From positions 2,784,001 to 2,848,000 of the forward strand of contig CAWIPH010000002.1 in NCBI GenBank assembly GCA_963837955.1: a stretch of 64,000 nt of DNA, in the 5' to 3' direction. A model generated the notes under the pieces. That model did no database searches. It saw only the letters and a list, made by a program, of their open reading frames with translations, and had not been told where the DNA came from. Below are positions 20,210 through 28,532 of the stretch, one piece after another. The position numbers and the translations under genes are program-made. Position 1 is the first letter of the stretch; each line of letters begins with the position of its first letter. This DNA comes from an uncultured Verrucomicrobiae bacterium (GTDB lineage: Bacteria; Verrucomicrobiota; Verrucomicrobiia; Chthoniobacterales; JAFAMB01).

Positions 20210-20988
20210 AAACTGTGATCCTCGCTGGCGGCTTCGGCACACGGCTCTCGGAATACACCGACGATACCCCGAAGCCAATGGTGCCCATCGGCGGCAAACC
20301 GATGCTCTGGCACATCATGAGCATATACGCGCATTATAACTACAAAGATTTCGTCGTCGCCCTCGGGTACAAGGCCGAAGACGTAAAATCCTATTTTCTG
20401 AACTACTACACGCTCCATTCAGACTTCTCGATGGACATGACCACCGGCGAAAAGTCAACGATCAACCGCTCGGTTCTCGATTGGAAGGTTACCCTCATGG
20501 ACACCGGCCTGAACACGATGACCGGCGGGCGCCTCCGTCGGCTCACCCCGCTACTCAAGTATGAGACCTTCATGTGCACGTACGGCGACGGCGTCAGCAA
20601 TATCGATGTCAATAAGCTCCTCGACTTCCACCGGAGTCATGGAAAACTCGTTACCATGACCCTCGCTCGCCCGTCCGCACGGTTCGGCGTGGTCGAAACT
20701 GGCGACAACAATATTGTGAAGGCGTTCCGCGAAAAGCCTATCGATAGTGAGGGCTGGGTGAATGCCGGCTTTTTCGTTATGGAGCCGAACTTCCTTAAGT
20801 ACATCGAAGGCGATTCGACGGTGCTCGAACACGAGCCCCTCGAGCTCGCTGCCAAGGACGGACAACTCATGGCCTATCACCACAGGGAGTTCTGGAAATG
20901 CATGGATATGAAAAAGGACGTCCAGGAGCTCAACAAGATGTGGGAGAGCAACGAGGCTCCGTGGAGGCTCGGTGAAATCAAGATCTAA
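20206..20988 (+). CDS. rfbF: Glucose-1-phosphate cytidylyltransferase
   Basis: LAGGFGTRLSE, PKPMV, TMTGGR, TYGDG, WKCMD. Confidence 0.93.
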   Translation: MKTVILAGGFGTRLSEYTDDTPKPMVPIGGKPMLWHIMSIYAHYNYKDFVVALGYKAEDVKSYFLNYYTLHSDFSMDMTTGEKSTINRSVLDWKVTLMDTGLNTMTGGRLRRLTPLLKYETFMCTYGDGVSNIDVNKLLDFHRSHGKLVTMTLARPSARFGVVETGDNNIVKAFREKPIDSEGWVNAGFFVMEPNFLKYIEGDSTVLEHEPLELAAKDGQLMAYHHREFWKCMDMKKDVQELNKMWESNEAPWRLGEIKI

Positions 20989-21009
20989 TAGGAGCTCGAA
21001 GAAATCGCC

Positions 21010-22089
21010 ATGTTTGGAAATTTCTATCAAAACAGAAGCGTGTTCGTGACCGGCCACACGGGCTTCAAGGGCTCGTGGCTCTCCGCCTGGCTACTGAAGC
21101 TCGGTGCTAAGGTCACCGGCTACGCGCTGCCGCCTGCTTATGACGAGAGCCACTTCCAACTGCTGGAGCTCGCCGACAGGATGCGGCATGTCGAGGGAAA
21201 TGTGTGCGATCTCGACCACCTTACCCGCGCGATGACCGAGGCCCAGCCCGACATCGTGTTCCATCTCGCCGCCCAGGCGCTGGTGCGCGAAGCCTATCGC
21301 GATCCCAGGACGACATTCGACACGAATATAATGGGCGGAGTGAACGTCTGCGAGGCCGTCGGCCGCGTCGAGAGCGTCCGCACGCTGGTCTTCATCACCT
21401 CAGACAAGTGCTACCGCAATCTCGACTGGGAGTGGGGATATCGTGAGACCGATACCCTCGGGGGGCGAGACCCGTACAGCGCATCCAAAGGCTGCGCTGA
21501 GCTCGTGTTCGGTGCCTACTGGACGTCTTTTCTGTCCAAAGCAGGGCGCCTCAATGCCGCATCCACCCGCGCTGGTAACGTCATTGGCGGCGGCGACTGG
21601 GCGGAGAACCGCCTGATTCCTGATTGCGTCCGCGCGCTGCGCAAGGAGGAAACCATCGAAATCCACCATCCCGATTCGACCCGTCCATGGCAGCACGTGC
21701 TCGAACCGCTCGGCGCCTATCTGCACCTCGGACGCTGCCTCGGCGGACCTCAGGGCGCCGAATTTTGCAAGAGCTGGAATTTCGGTCCGAACAATAGCGC
21801 AAACAAGAACGTCGGCGAAGTCGTCGAGGATGTTATCCGGTTGTGGGGTAGCGGCAAAGTGGTGGTTGAACGCGATCCGAATGCTCCGCATGAGGACCAC
21901 TGGCTGCAACTCAATTGCGACCGCGCGCACCACTATCTTAACTGGAAGCCGACCTGGAACTATCCGGAGTCGATCAGCGAAACCGTTCACTGGTATCGCA
22001 ATTATCACGACTGCTCCAAAGTTCCGGCACTCACCGACTCGCAAATTGAAAAATACAACCAAGCCTGGATCGACGCAGGCAATGATTGA
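21010..22089 (+). CDS. rfbG: CDP-glucose 4,6-dehydratase
   Basis: TGHTGFKGSW, HLAAQALV, TSDKCY, PYSASK, RAGNVIGGGDW, RPWQHVLEP. Confidence 0.95.
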   Translation: MFGNFYQNRSVFVTGHTGFKGSWLSAWLLKLGAKVTGYALPPAYDESHFQLLELADRMRHVEGNVCDLDHLTRAMTEAQPDIVFHLAAQALVREAYRDPRTTFDTNIMGGVNVCEAVGRVESVRTLVFITSDKCYRNLDWEWGYRETDTLGGRDPYSASKGCAELVFGAYWTSFLSKAGRLNAASTRAGNVIGGGDWAENRLIPDCVRALRKEETIEIHHPDSTRPWQHVLEPLGAYLHLGRCLGGPQGAEFCKSWNFGPNNSANKNVGEVVEDVIRLWGSGKVVVERDPNAPHEDHWLQLNCDRAHHYLNWKPTWNYPESISETVHWYRNYHDCSKVPALTDSQIEKYNQAWIDAGND

Positions 22090-22534
22090 GGGAGTCGCAC
22101 TGCATCCCCTTCGGCAGTTCGCGGACGATCGCGGATGCACCATGCACATGTTGCGCAGCGACGATCCTCACTTTCGCGCATTCGGTGAGATTTACTTTTC
22201 CGGCGTCCGGCACGGAAAGATTAAGGGCTGGTACCGGCACCGCCAGAAGACACTTAACTATGCGGTGCCCGCGGGCATGATCCGGGTTGTCATCTACGAC
22301 GATCGCCCGGACAGTCCGACGCGCGGATGCCTTGACGAGTATCTGCTCGGGGAAGGGATGGATCACTACGCGCTGCTGACCATCCCTCCGCATCTGTGGT
22401 ATGGCGTGCAAGGCCTGGGGCCGGGAACCGCGATCATCGCGAACTGCTCGGACCTTCCAAACGATCCCAGCGAATCCGACCGAAAGCCACCCGATTCGCC
22501 CGATGTGCCCTACACTTGGCCTTCGGTCGCCTGA
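22082..22534 (+). CDS. NDP-4-keto-6-deoxysugar 3,5-epimerase (RfbC/RmlC-like cupin)
   Basis: MIEGV...DDRG, FGEIYFS, IKGW, YDDRPDSPT, IPPHLWYG. Confidence 0.85.
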   Translation: MIEGVALHPLRQFADDRGCTMHMLRSDDPHFRAFGEIYFSGVRHGKIKGWYRHRQKTLNYAVPAGMIRVVIYDDRPDSPTRGCLDEYLLGEGMDHYALLTIPPHLWYGVQGLGPGTAIIANCSDLPNDPSESDRKPPDSPDVPYTWPSVA

Positions 22535-22610
22535 TATAATATGTCGTTCCGTGAACTAGTCTAGCCCGCAAACCAGCGCGTCGATCCATACAGCGTGTGA
22601 GTTTCGCGGG

Positions 22611-24074
22611 CTAGTGCGCGCGCGCGGGACGTGGCCGCAATTCCACAGTCCTGCGGGCGCGCGGTGGGCGTCCAATCTGCTTCAACGGAAGCCCCGACAG
22701 AAGATTCGCCTCGATCTTCTCCAGCGACACACCCTTCGTCTCCGGAACGAAGATCAGAAAGAAAATGATGAAGAGTATGTTCAGCGCGCCATAAAGCAGA
22801 AACGTATTGCCGTTGCCGAGCCCGGCGAGGAGCAACAGGAACGTCATACCCACGATGGCGTTGGCGATCCAGTTTGTCGCGGTGCTGAATGTCACTCCAA
22901 GATCGCGGCCCGCAAGTGGGTAAATTTCCGAGCAAAGCACCCAAATGATAGGGCCGGCGCTCATAGCAAAACCAATAATGAAGATGAGCAATGCAAAGAT
23001 GGCGAAATAGCCAAATCCGGGATGCTCTTCGATCCCCATGTTGAAGAGCGTTCCGACAGTAATCATGGCGGCGCCCATGGTAACAAAACCCGCATACATG
23101 ATCGGCTTGCGCCCCAGTTTGTCCACAAACGCGATGGCGATGAAGGTCGCAAGCACGTTAATTATTCCGACGATCACCGTTCCCCACATTTGTTGTTCCG
23201 TGGTCGCAAACCCCGCAATGCGAAAAATCGTCGGTGCGAAATACATAACGACATTGATGCCGGTAAGCTGCTGAATGAGCTGCAGTCCAATCCCAAGGCC
23301 AATAACGCGGCGGAAGTTAGGATTGGTCTTGAACATCTCAAATCCATTTTGTTTAACTTTCAAGTTGTCCTCGATCTCTTTGACCTCCGCGGCGATCTCG
23401 CCCTCATCCAGGTACATTCCCTTGAACACGGCCACAGCGCGATCTTTGAACCCTTTTAGGAACAGCCACCGCGGGCTTTCGGGCAGTAAGAGTACGCCCA
23501 AGAACATGATCGCTGCCGGAATAGCAATCACACCGAGCATGATGCGCCAGTGGCCGCCAGTCACCCCGCCAAACGTCGCATAGGACGCGAGCCAAGTGTT
23601 GCTCAGAAACGCAAGCACGATTCCGATGGTGATCATTAGTTGATACATCGAAATAAGTGAGCCGCGCACCTCTTGCGGGGAAATTTCAGAGAGATAGAGC
23701 GGCGCCGTGAACGACGCCACGCCCACGGCTATACCAAGAAACAAGCGCGCGCCGACTAGCAGATACTCCGACTGCACAATCGAGCAGAGGATCGAACCAA
23801 CGACGAAGATCACCGCGCTGATAAGGATCGTTTTACGGCGCCCAAAGTTCCTCGAAAGCGCTCCGCTGACCAGCGTTCCAATCACCGCTCCCCATAGCAG
23901 GGCGCTAACAACGGTTCCTTCTGCCTCAATCGAGAGCTTGAATGCATTCTTCACAAAAGGCAGTGCCCCGGATATGACACCAATGTCTAATCCGAAAAGC
24001 AGACCGGCAAGCGCCGCCGTTAAGCCGATGAAATATATGATGAGCTTCTTTCGGAGGGGGGATGCAGCGCTCAT
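22611..24074 (-). CDS. Sugar porter MFS symporter (GalP/AraE-like)
   Basis: GLLFGLDIGVISGAL, PESPRWL, QQLTGINVVMY, VPETKG. Confidence 0.93.
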   Translation of the reverse strand: MSAASPLRKKLIIYFIGLTAALAGLLFGLDIGVISGALPFVKNAFKLSIEAEGTVVSALLWGAVIGTLVSGALSRNFGRRKTILISAVIFVVGSILCSIVQSEYLLVGARLFLGIAVGVASFTAPLYLSEISPQEVRGSLISMYQLMITIGIVLAFLSNTWLASYATFGGVTGGHWRIMLGVIAIPAAIMFLGVLLLPESPRWLFLKGFKDRAVAVFKGMYLDEGEIAAEVKEIEDNLKVKQNGFEMFKTNPNFRRVIGLGIGLQLIQQLTGINVVMYFAPTIFRIAGFATTEQQMWGTVIVGIINVLATFIAIAFVDKLGRKPIMYAGFVTMGAAMITVGTLFNMGIEEHPGFGYFAIFALLIFIIGFAMSAGPIIWVLCSEIYPLAGRDLGVTFSTATNWIANAIVGMTFLLLLAGLGNGNTFLLYGALNILFIIFFLIFVPETKGVSLEKIEANLLSGLPLKQIGRPPRARRTVELRPRPARAH

Positions 24075-24211
24075 TTGGGCTAATACCTAGATTGATTAGG
24101 CACTCTCCTATTTAGCGAGAATGGTATCTTTCTGCTCGAAGTCCAAGGCGATTCTTCGCAGAATGGGTCACGAACGGATCGTTTGGGAGATTGTTTTAGA
24201 GGCGATTTAAT

Positions 24212-24227
24212 TGCAAAGCGCATTGCA
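24212..24227. promoter_or_regulatory. Candidate LacI-family operator
   Basis: TGCAAAGCGCATTGCA near-palindrome with central CG between two divergent sugar-uptake genes. Confidence 0.55.
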
Positions 24228-24439
24228 CCTAACTAGTAGACTTTGGGGTGTTAGCAGGCGCAAGCATAATTCACATCTATTCTGATCTGGATCGATTCTT
24301 TCCTTGCAGGTCTTCGGGGCGTGGCACTTGCGCTCACAGGTGAGAGTAAACGCTGTGGCGACCCCTTAGTGGGTCCTATGGCAGTTTGCCTTGTGTTAGC
24401 CCATGATTGAACGTGAGAGAAAACAATAGAAATAGCCAA

Positions 24440-25390
24440 ATGAAAAACCTGTTCATAATAACTCGCGCAGGCTTTGTCTTGTTCTGGGCCCCCATCGCGC
24501 TGGTAAGCATTGGGTCCAACACGCCGGCGGCAGAAAAGATAGTCATCGGTTTTTCTCAGGCCACAATGAATTCTGCATGGCGAGTAGCCATGGTAGACGG
24601 GAATAAAAAATATGCGGCAGAGCATTATCCCGACGTGGAGCTAATCTTCACCGATGGCCAGAATCAGGCTACTAAGCAGGTCAGTGATGTGGGAAGCCTG
24701 ATGGCGCGGGGCATTAAGGTCCTGATCATCAGCCCGGCGCAGGCTCAGCCGCTTACCCCTATTGTGAAACAAGTGATGGAGGCGAACATTCCCGTCGTCA
24801 CGCTTGACAGGGAGGTGAACACCAAAGTCACCTGTCGGATCGGCGCTCAAAACAGGCCCATTGGCGTTGCTGCCGGTAAATTCATCATTGAAAAATTGCA
24901 CGGCGCAGGAAACGTCATCGAAATTGAGGGTACCGTAGGCGCATCCGCGACCACCGATCGCCATGAAGGCTTTCGCGACGCTCTCAGGGAGGCACCGAGG
25001 ATCAGAGTGGTGGCAGACCAGTTCTGCGACTACTTAAGGGAGCCGGCGATGAAGTTTGTTGAGGAGATCCTTCAAAGGTTCGGACCTGGGCAAGTTCAGG
25101 CAATCTATGCGCACGACGACGCAATGGCTCTCGGCGCCCTGAAAGTGGTCGAGGACGCCGGCCGCTTGAAGGAGATCACGATAGTGGGTATTGACGGCGA
25201 AAACAGCGCCTTTCAGGCCATCAAGGACGGCAAATTGGCAGCCACTTTTACTTATCCATTCTGTGCACCCGAAGGAATCCAGTATGCCTATAATCTTGCG
25301 ATTGGCGAACAGGTGCCCGATCAGATCGTTCTCAAATCAACTCGCGTGGATGCCTCTAACGTCGATCAGTACCTTGGCAAGGGCTTTTAG
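24440..25390 (+). CDS. Sugar ABC transporter substrate-binding protein (RbsB-like), orphan
   Basis: IGFSQ, WR, LDR, DRHEGF, AHDDAMALGA, GIDG. Confidence 0.88.
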   Translation: MKNLFIITRAGFVLFWAPIALVSIGSNTPAAEKIVIGFSQATMNSAWRVAMVDGNKKYAAEHYPDVELIFTDGQNQATKQVSDVGSLMARGIKVLIISPAQAQPLTPIVKQVMEANIPVVTLDREVNTKVTCRIGAQNRPIGVAAGKFIIEKLHGAGNVIEIEGTVGASATTDRHEGFRDALREAPRIRVVADQFCDYLREPAMKFVEEILQRFGPGQVQAIYAHDDAMALGALKVVEDAGRLKEITIVGIDGENSAFQAIKDGKLAATFTYPFCAPEGIQYAYNLAIGEQVPDQIVLKSTRVDASNVDQYLGKGF

Positions 25391-25519
25391 AACGCCCCTC
25401 CCGAGCAGCCCCATTCACAAACCCGCTAAGATTCAGAGTGCGAAGCCTTAGGGGACGCGTCTTAACGGGCTGTTGCTCGAACGTCTGGCTCATTGGGGTG
25501 GTGGCAGGGATGGACGGCA

Positions 25520-25646
25520 GTAAGCCGCACGAAATCCAGTTCCAGCGTCTCGTCAATTCGCCGTAGCGGATAATCGCTGCGCACCGCTTATCCAAGTTCA
25601 CTTGATAGTTCCACAGCTGCTTCTGCGGATCGCGCTCCCCCATCAT
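25520..25646 (-). pseudogene. IS5/IS1182-like transposase N-terminal fragment
   Basis: MMGERDPQKQLWNYQVNLDKR/VRSDYPLRRIDETLELDFVR (one frameshift), then truncated. Confidence 0.7.
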
Positions 25647-25663
25647 GGGACATGATGTTAGCA

Positions 25664-25797
25664 AAGATCGAGCCGGTCTATTTCAAACAGTTTTACGTAC
25701 CGCCGACTTATGGTCTTGGCTTCGGACCGAAAATTAAATCAATTTTGGTGAAGCAGTTCTCAAGAATAGCTTCCAGCGAGCGGGTAATAATCTTTAG
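25664..25797 (+). pseudogene. GxxExxY protein C-terminal remnant
   Basis: KIEPVYFKQ..TYRRLM...INFGEAVLKNSFQRAGNNL*, aligning with the C-terminus of the 5815-6193 pseudogene. Confidence 0.7.
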
Positions 25798-25805
25798 TCT
25801 GAAAC

Positions 25806-25860
25806 CTTTGCGTCTTCGCGTCTTTGCGTGAGATTTTTGATTCCGTCTTTGCGTGCGATT
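25806..25860 (+). repeat. Tandem-octamer repeat following the GxxExxY remnant
   Basis: CTTTGCGT CTTCGCGT CTTTGCGT GAGA...CGTCTTTGCGTG. Confidence 0.8.
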
Positions 25861-25871
25861 TTGGAGAGCGA

Positions 25872-26165
25872 TCAGAAACGGAAGGACCAAGTCAGTCCGA
25901 CGTAAAGGTCAAGCAGGAAAGCGAAGAACAGCGTGATCGTTACCAAAAACTCGGGCCAATCGTTGGGAAGCCTTCCTGGTAAACGACTGCGCTCCGTGAG
26001 CTTCGCACGAATTTGCTCTTTCTCTGATGAAGCCTTTTCCAGCGCTTTTCGACCTGATTTGAAGTCAATAATTTTCTGAAACGGCACCTCGTCAGGGCCC
26101 TCTCTTGAGTCAGGCCGTTCGGGGTTTCCAAGCTTGTTCCTATTTGTTTCTTCGATGATTACCAT
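25872..26165 (-). CDS. Small hypothetical protein with C-terminal TM helix
   Basis: 97-aa ORF, FLVTITLFFAFLLDLYVGLTW. Confidence 0.5.
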   Translation of the reverse strand: MVIIEETNRNKLGNPERPDSREGPDEVPFQKIIDFKSGRKALEKASSEKEQIRAKLTERSRLPGRLPNDWPEFLVTITLFFAFLLDLYVGLTWSFRF

Positions 26166-26430
26166 AAAACCTCTACCCTCCGGGTGGGATCAGCGTCGCT
26201 CGATTGCCGGCCAGACCAGACCGGCAACTGACCCTTGGATTAATCTTATAAACAATCTTTCTTGGAGGACTGTGGTCTCAGGCAACCTGAAGGGGTAATC
26301 GGATGTTCTGATCGCATATCGGCCAGCTCGATAGATGGCCGGAATTGTCCCGGGGGCTGTGCATGTCTTTCTCAGGCGAGCTGCTGACCGAATTCTTCCC
26401 GAATTCGCTGGAACGAAGCTAGCCAGGAGG

Positions 26431-26500
26431 ATCTGCTATCGGCTATCGGCTATCTGCTATCTGCTATCTGCTATTTGTTATTTGTTATTTGCTATCTGCT
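26431..26500. repeat. Heptamer tandem repeat (ATCTGCT)x10, degenerate
   Basis: Units ATCTGCT/ATCGGCT/ATTTGTT/ATTTGCT read directly. Confidence 0.9.
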
Positions 26501-26527
26501 ATTTTCCACCCGTCACTCTTTCACCGC

Positions 26528-27259
26528 ATGTTTCGCGCAAATGAAATTAAAGCACTCCTGTTCGACACTTTCGGAACAGTTGTCGATTGGCGATCCAGTT
26601 TGATTGATGCTTTCTCCCAGTTCGGACAAAACCGTCTACTTGATGTCGATTGGTCCCAGCTGGTCGACCAATGGCGCTCGGCTTATTGGCCTAGTATGGA
26701 CAATGTCCGAAAAGGAAAGCTGGCCTGGACTACTCTTGATGAGCTGCATCGAGCAGCCCTGGTCAAGCTCCTGCCGGCTTTCAAATTGGAGCAGCTTTCC
26801 ACCGATGATATTGACGATCTGACCGCCTTTTGGCATCGGCTGAAGCCTTGGCCCGATGCCCGGCCGGGTCTGGCTCGTTTGAAAAACCAATTTTTGATCG
26901 GACCACTTTCTAACGGAAATTTTTCGCTCATGGTAGAGCTGAATAAGTTCGCCGGTCTCGGTTGGGATTTTATTTTCGGCTCGGACATTTTCCGCCACTA
27001 CAAACCGGATCCGGAAACCTATCTCGGAGCTTGCTCTCTGTTGGGATTGGCACCCAGCCAAGTGATGATGGTAGCCGCGCATAATTATGATCTGCACGCT
27101 GCCCGATCGTTCGGCCTACGAACAGGTTTCATCCCACGACCGACCGAATACGGTCCATCGCAAACGAAGGATTTGGAACCGGAAGGTCCCTGGGATATCG
27201 TCGCGACCGATCTTGAGGACCTCGCGGCGCAGTTAACCGGAAACCGACCGTCAAATTAG
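26528..27259 (+). CDS. Haloacid dehalogenase type II
   Basis: LFDTFGTVVDWR, LSNGN, YKPDP, VAAHNYDL. Confidence 0.92.
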   Translation: MFRANEIKALLFDTFGTVVDWRSSLIDAFSQFGQNRLLDVDWSQLVDQWRSAYWPSMDNVRKGKLAWTTLDELHRAALVKLLPAFKLEQLSTDDIDDLTAFWHRLKPWPDARPGLARLKNQFLIGPLSNGNFSLMVELNKFAGLGWDFIFGSDIFRHYKPDPETYLGACSLLGLAPSQVMMVAAHNYDLHAARSFGLRTGFIPRPTEYGPSQTKDLEPEGPWDIVATDLEDLAAQLTGNRPSN

Positions 27260-27334
27260 AGGGACGGAACGCAGAGAGATGGTCTGACGTGAATCTTGAG
27301 CTAGCTCTTAGGTGTCACCGTTCGAGATATAGAC

Positions 27335-27448
27335 GATATCGCCAAGGTTCAGGAGTGGCTTGGGCATGCTAACGTATCGACGACGCGGCTCTATGACCGG
27401 CGCAAGAGTAAGCCGGAAGACAGTCCGAGCTTTCGGGTGAAATATTAA
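27335..27448 (+). pseudogene. Tyrosine recombinase C-terminal fragment
   Basis: [37 protein letters not shown] (box II LGH...Y), no upstream body. Confidence 0.85.
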
Positions 27449-27526
27449 GGAGGAGCCCCCCACCCTGTAGGCTTACGACTGTCTGCCGGCTGAGAGTAGC
27501 GGTAACCATTCCAGGTCCCCTACCCG

Positions 27527-27554
27527 CAATCCCATAAAGGACGTTATGTTACAA
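27527..27554 (+). other. dif-like recombination site
   Basis: CAATCCCATAA-AGGACG-TTATGTTACAA, 11-6-11 architecture. Confidence 0.6.
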
Positions 27555-27788
27555 TGTTCTAGGCAGCAGGGGTGAATTGGTGTCACTTTTCGAATTATCT
27601 TGGCATAGAGTTTTGCGCTTATCCGGCATCACTGGGCAAGGAGTCTCACCCTTTTTTGAAGCACGGCGGGAACGTCTGACTGCATTCCAGGTGCTAGCTT
27701 GCAAAATCATGCCGGAGCGACGGTTGCGGTTCGCAACGATTAGCTCAGCAAGTTTGGTGATCCAGTTTCACTGATTACGCGCTAGTGT

Positions 27789-28439
27789 CTACCGCAAGGC
27801 CGTCAACGTCTCCGTTGCAGTACGGGCACGGGCATCGATTTCGCGTTTGGTTGGCGCCTGGCGCACGCGCAGCAATAGCCGGATCTGGAGATCGGCCAAG
27901 AGCGCGGCAAAATAGCGGGCGGCCAGAACGTCTGGATCCCCGGCGACGACTAACCCTAGGGCTTGAGCTTTTTCGATCAATTCCGTGAGCGCCTTTAGGT
28001 TAGCTCCCCGGCCGCTGTTGTCGAGTGCTCGCGCGATCTCAGGGGCGCGGTCGGATTCTGCAATCGCCAGCCGAAAAACGGTCAGCACTTCCGGGTGACA
28101 CACCGTTTTTAAAATCGATATGCCTAATTCAACGAGCAATGCCGCTAGTGCGCTCCGGGTCTGAGGCATAGGAACCGCCGGATCCAAAGGGAGACGCATC
28201 TGTTGGGTGCGTTCCCCGATACAGGCCGCTAATACGGCATGCTTGTTCTTGAATAAGGCGTAGAGATCACGTTTAGAAACTCGAGCCCGGGTGACAATAT
28301 CCAACATGCTGGTGCTGGAAAAACCGTGTTCCCGAAAGAGGTCAAAAGCCGCGGCCAACACGCGGTCGCGGATGGAGAGCGGCTTGGATGGGACCGGGGA
28401 CTCAGGTGAGTCAGCTTGAGATTGGTTGGTTTTCGACAT
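27789..28439 (-). CDS. TetR/AcrR-family regulator
   Basis: VLAAAFDLFREHGFSSTSMLDIVTRARVSKRDLYALFKNK HTH. Confidence 0.92.
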   Translation of the reverse strand: MSKTNQSQADSPESPVPSKPLSIRDRVLAAAFDLFREHGFSSTSMLDIVTRARVSKRDLYALFKNKHAVLAACIGERTQQMRLPLDPAVPMPQTRSALAALLVELGISILKTVCHPEVLTVFRLAIAESDRAPEIARALDNSGRGANLKALTELIEKAQALGLVVAGDPDVLAARYFAALLADLQIRLLLRVRQAPTKREIDARARTATETLTALR

Positions 28440-28451
28440 TTCTATTTGCTT

Positions 28452-28500
28452 TTGGTACGACTCGTACCAATGTTCGGCTATATCGGTACGATATCGTACC
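28452..28500. promoter_or_regulatory. Two palindromic TetR operators
   Basis: TTGGTACGACTCGTACCAA (28452-28470) and GGTACGATATCGTACC (28485-28500). Confidence 0.8.
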
Positions 28501-28532
28501 TCCTGTTAAAACGCTACTCCTCTTCTCTTGCC

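Noticed and set aside
22532..22560. Second dif-like site after the epimerase
   Set aside because: Spacer length is off and the TTATG core is absent.
19442..23459. Long antisense ORFs (19442-20200, 21400-22149, 22614-23459; likewise 39383-40216)
   Set aside because: Shadows of well-supported genes in GC-rich DNA, with no recognisable motifs.
25678..25692. IS terminal inverted repeat next to the transposase fragment
   Set aside because: Better explained as GxxExxY coding remnant (YFKQ); no matching partner end found.
27527..27554. Calling this the chromosomal dif site
   Set aside because: GC-rich spacer and mobile-remnant context; GC skew cannot be evaluated here, so it is reported only as dif-like.
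27601..27616. sigma54-like TGGCATAGAGTTTTGC
   Set aside because: GG-to-GC spacing is one base too long, and no convincing gene lies downstream.
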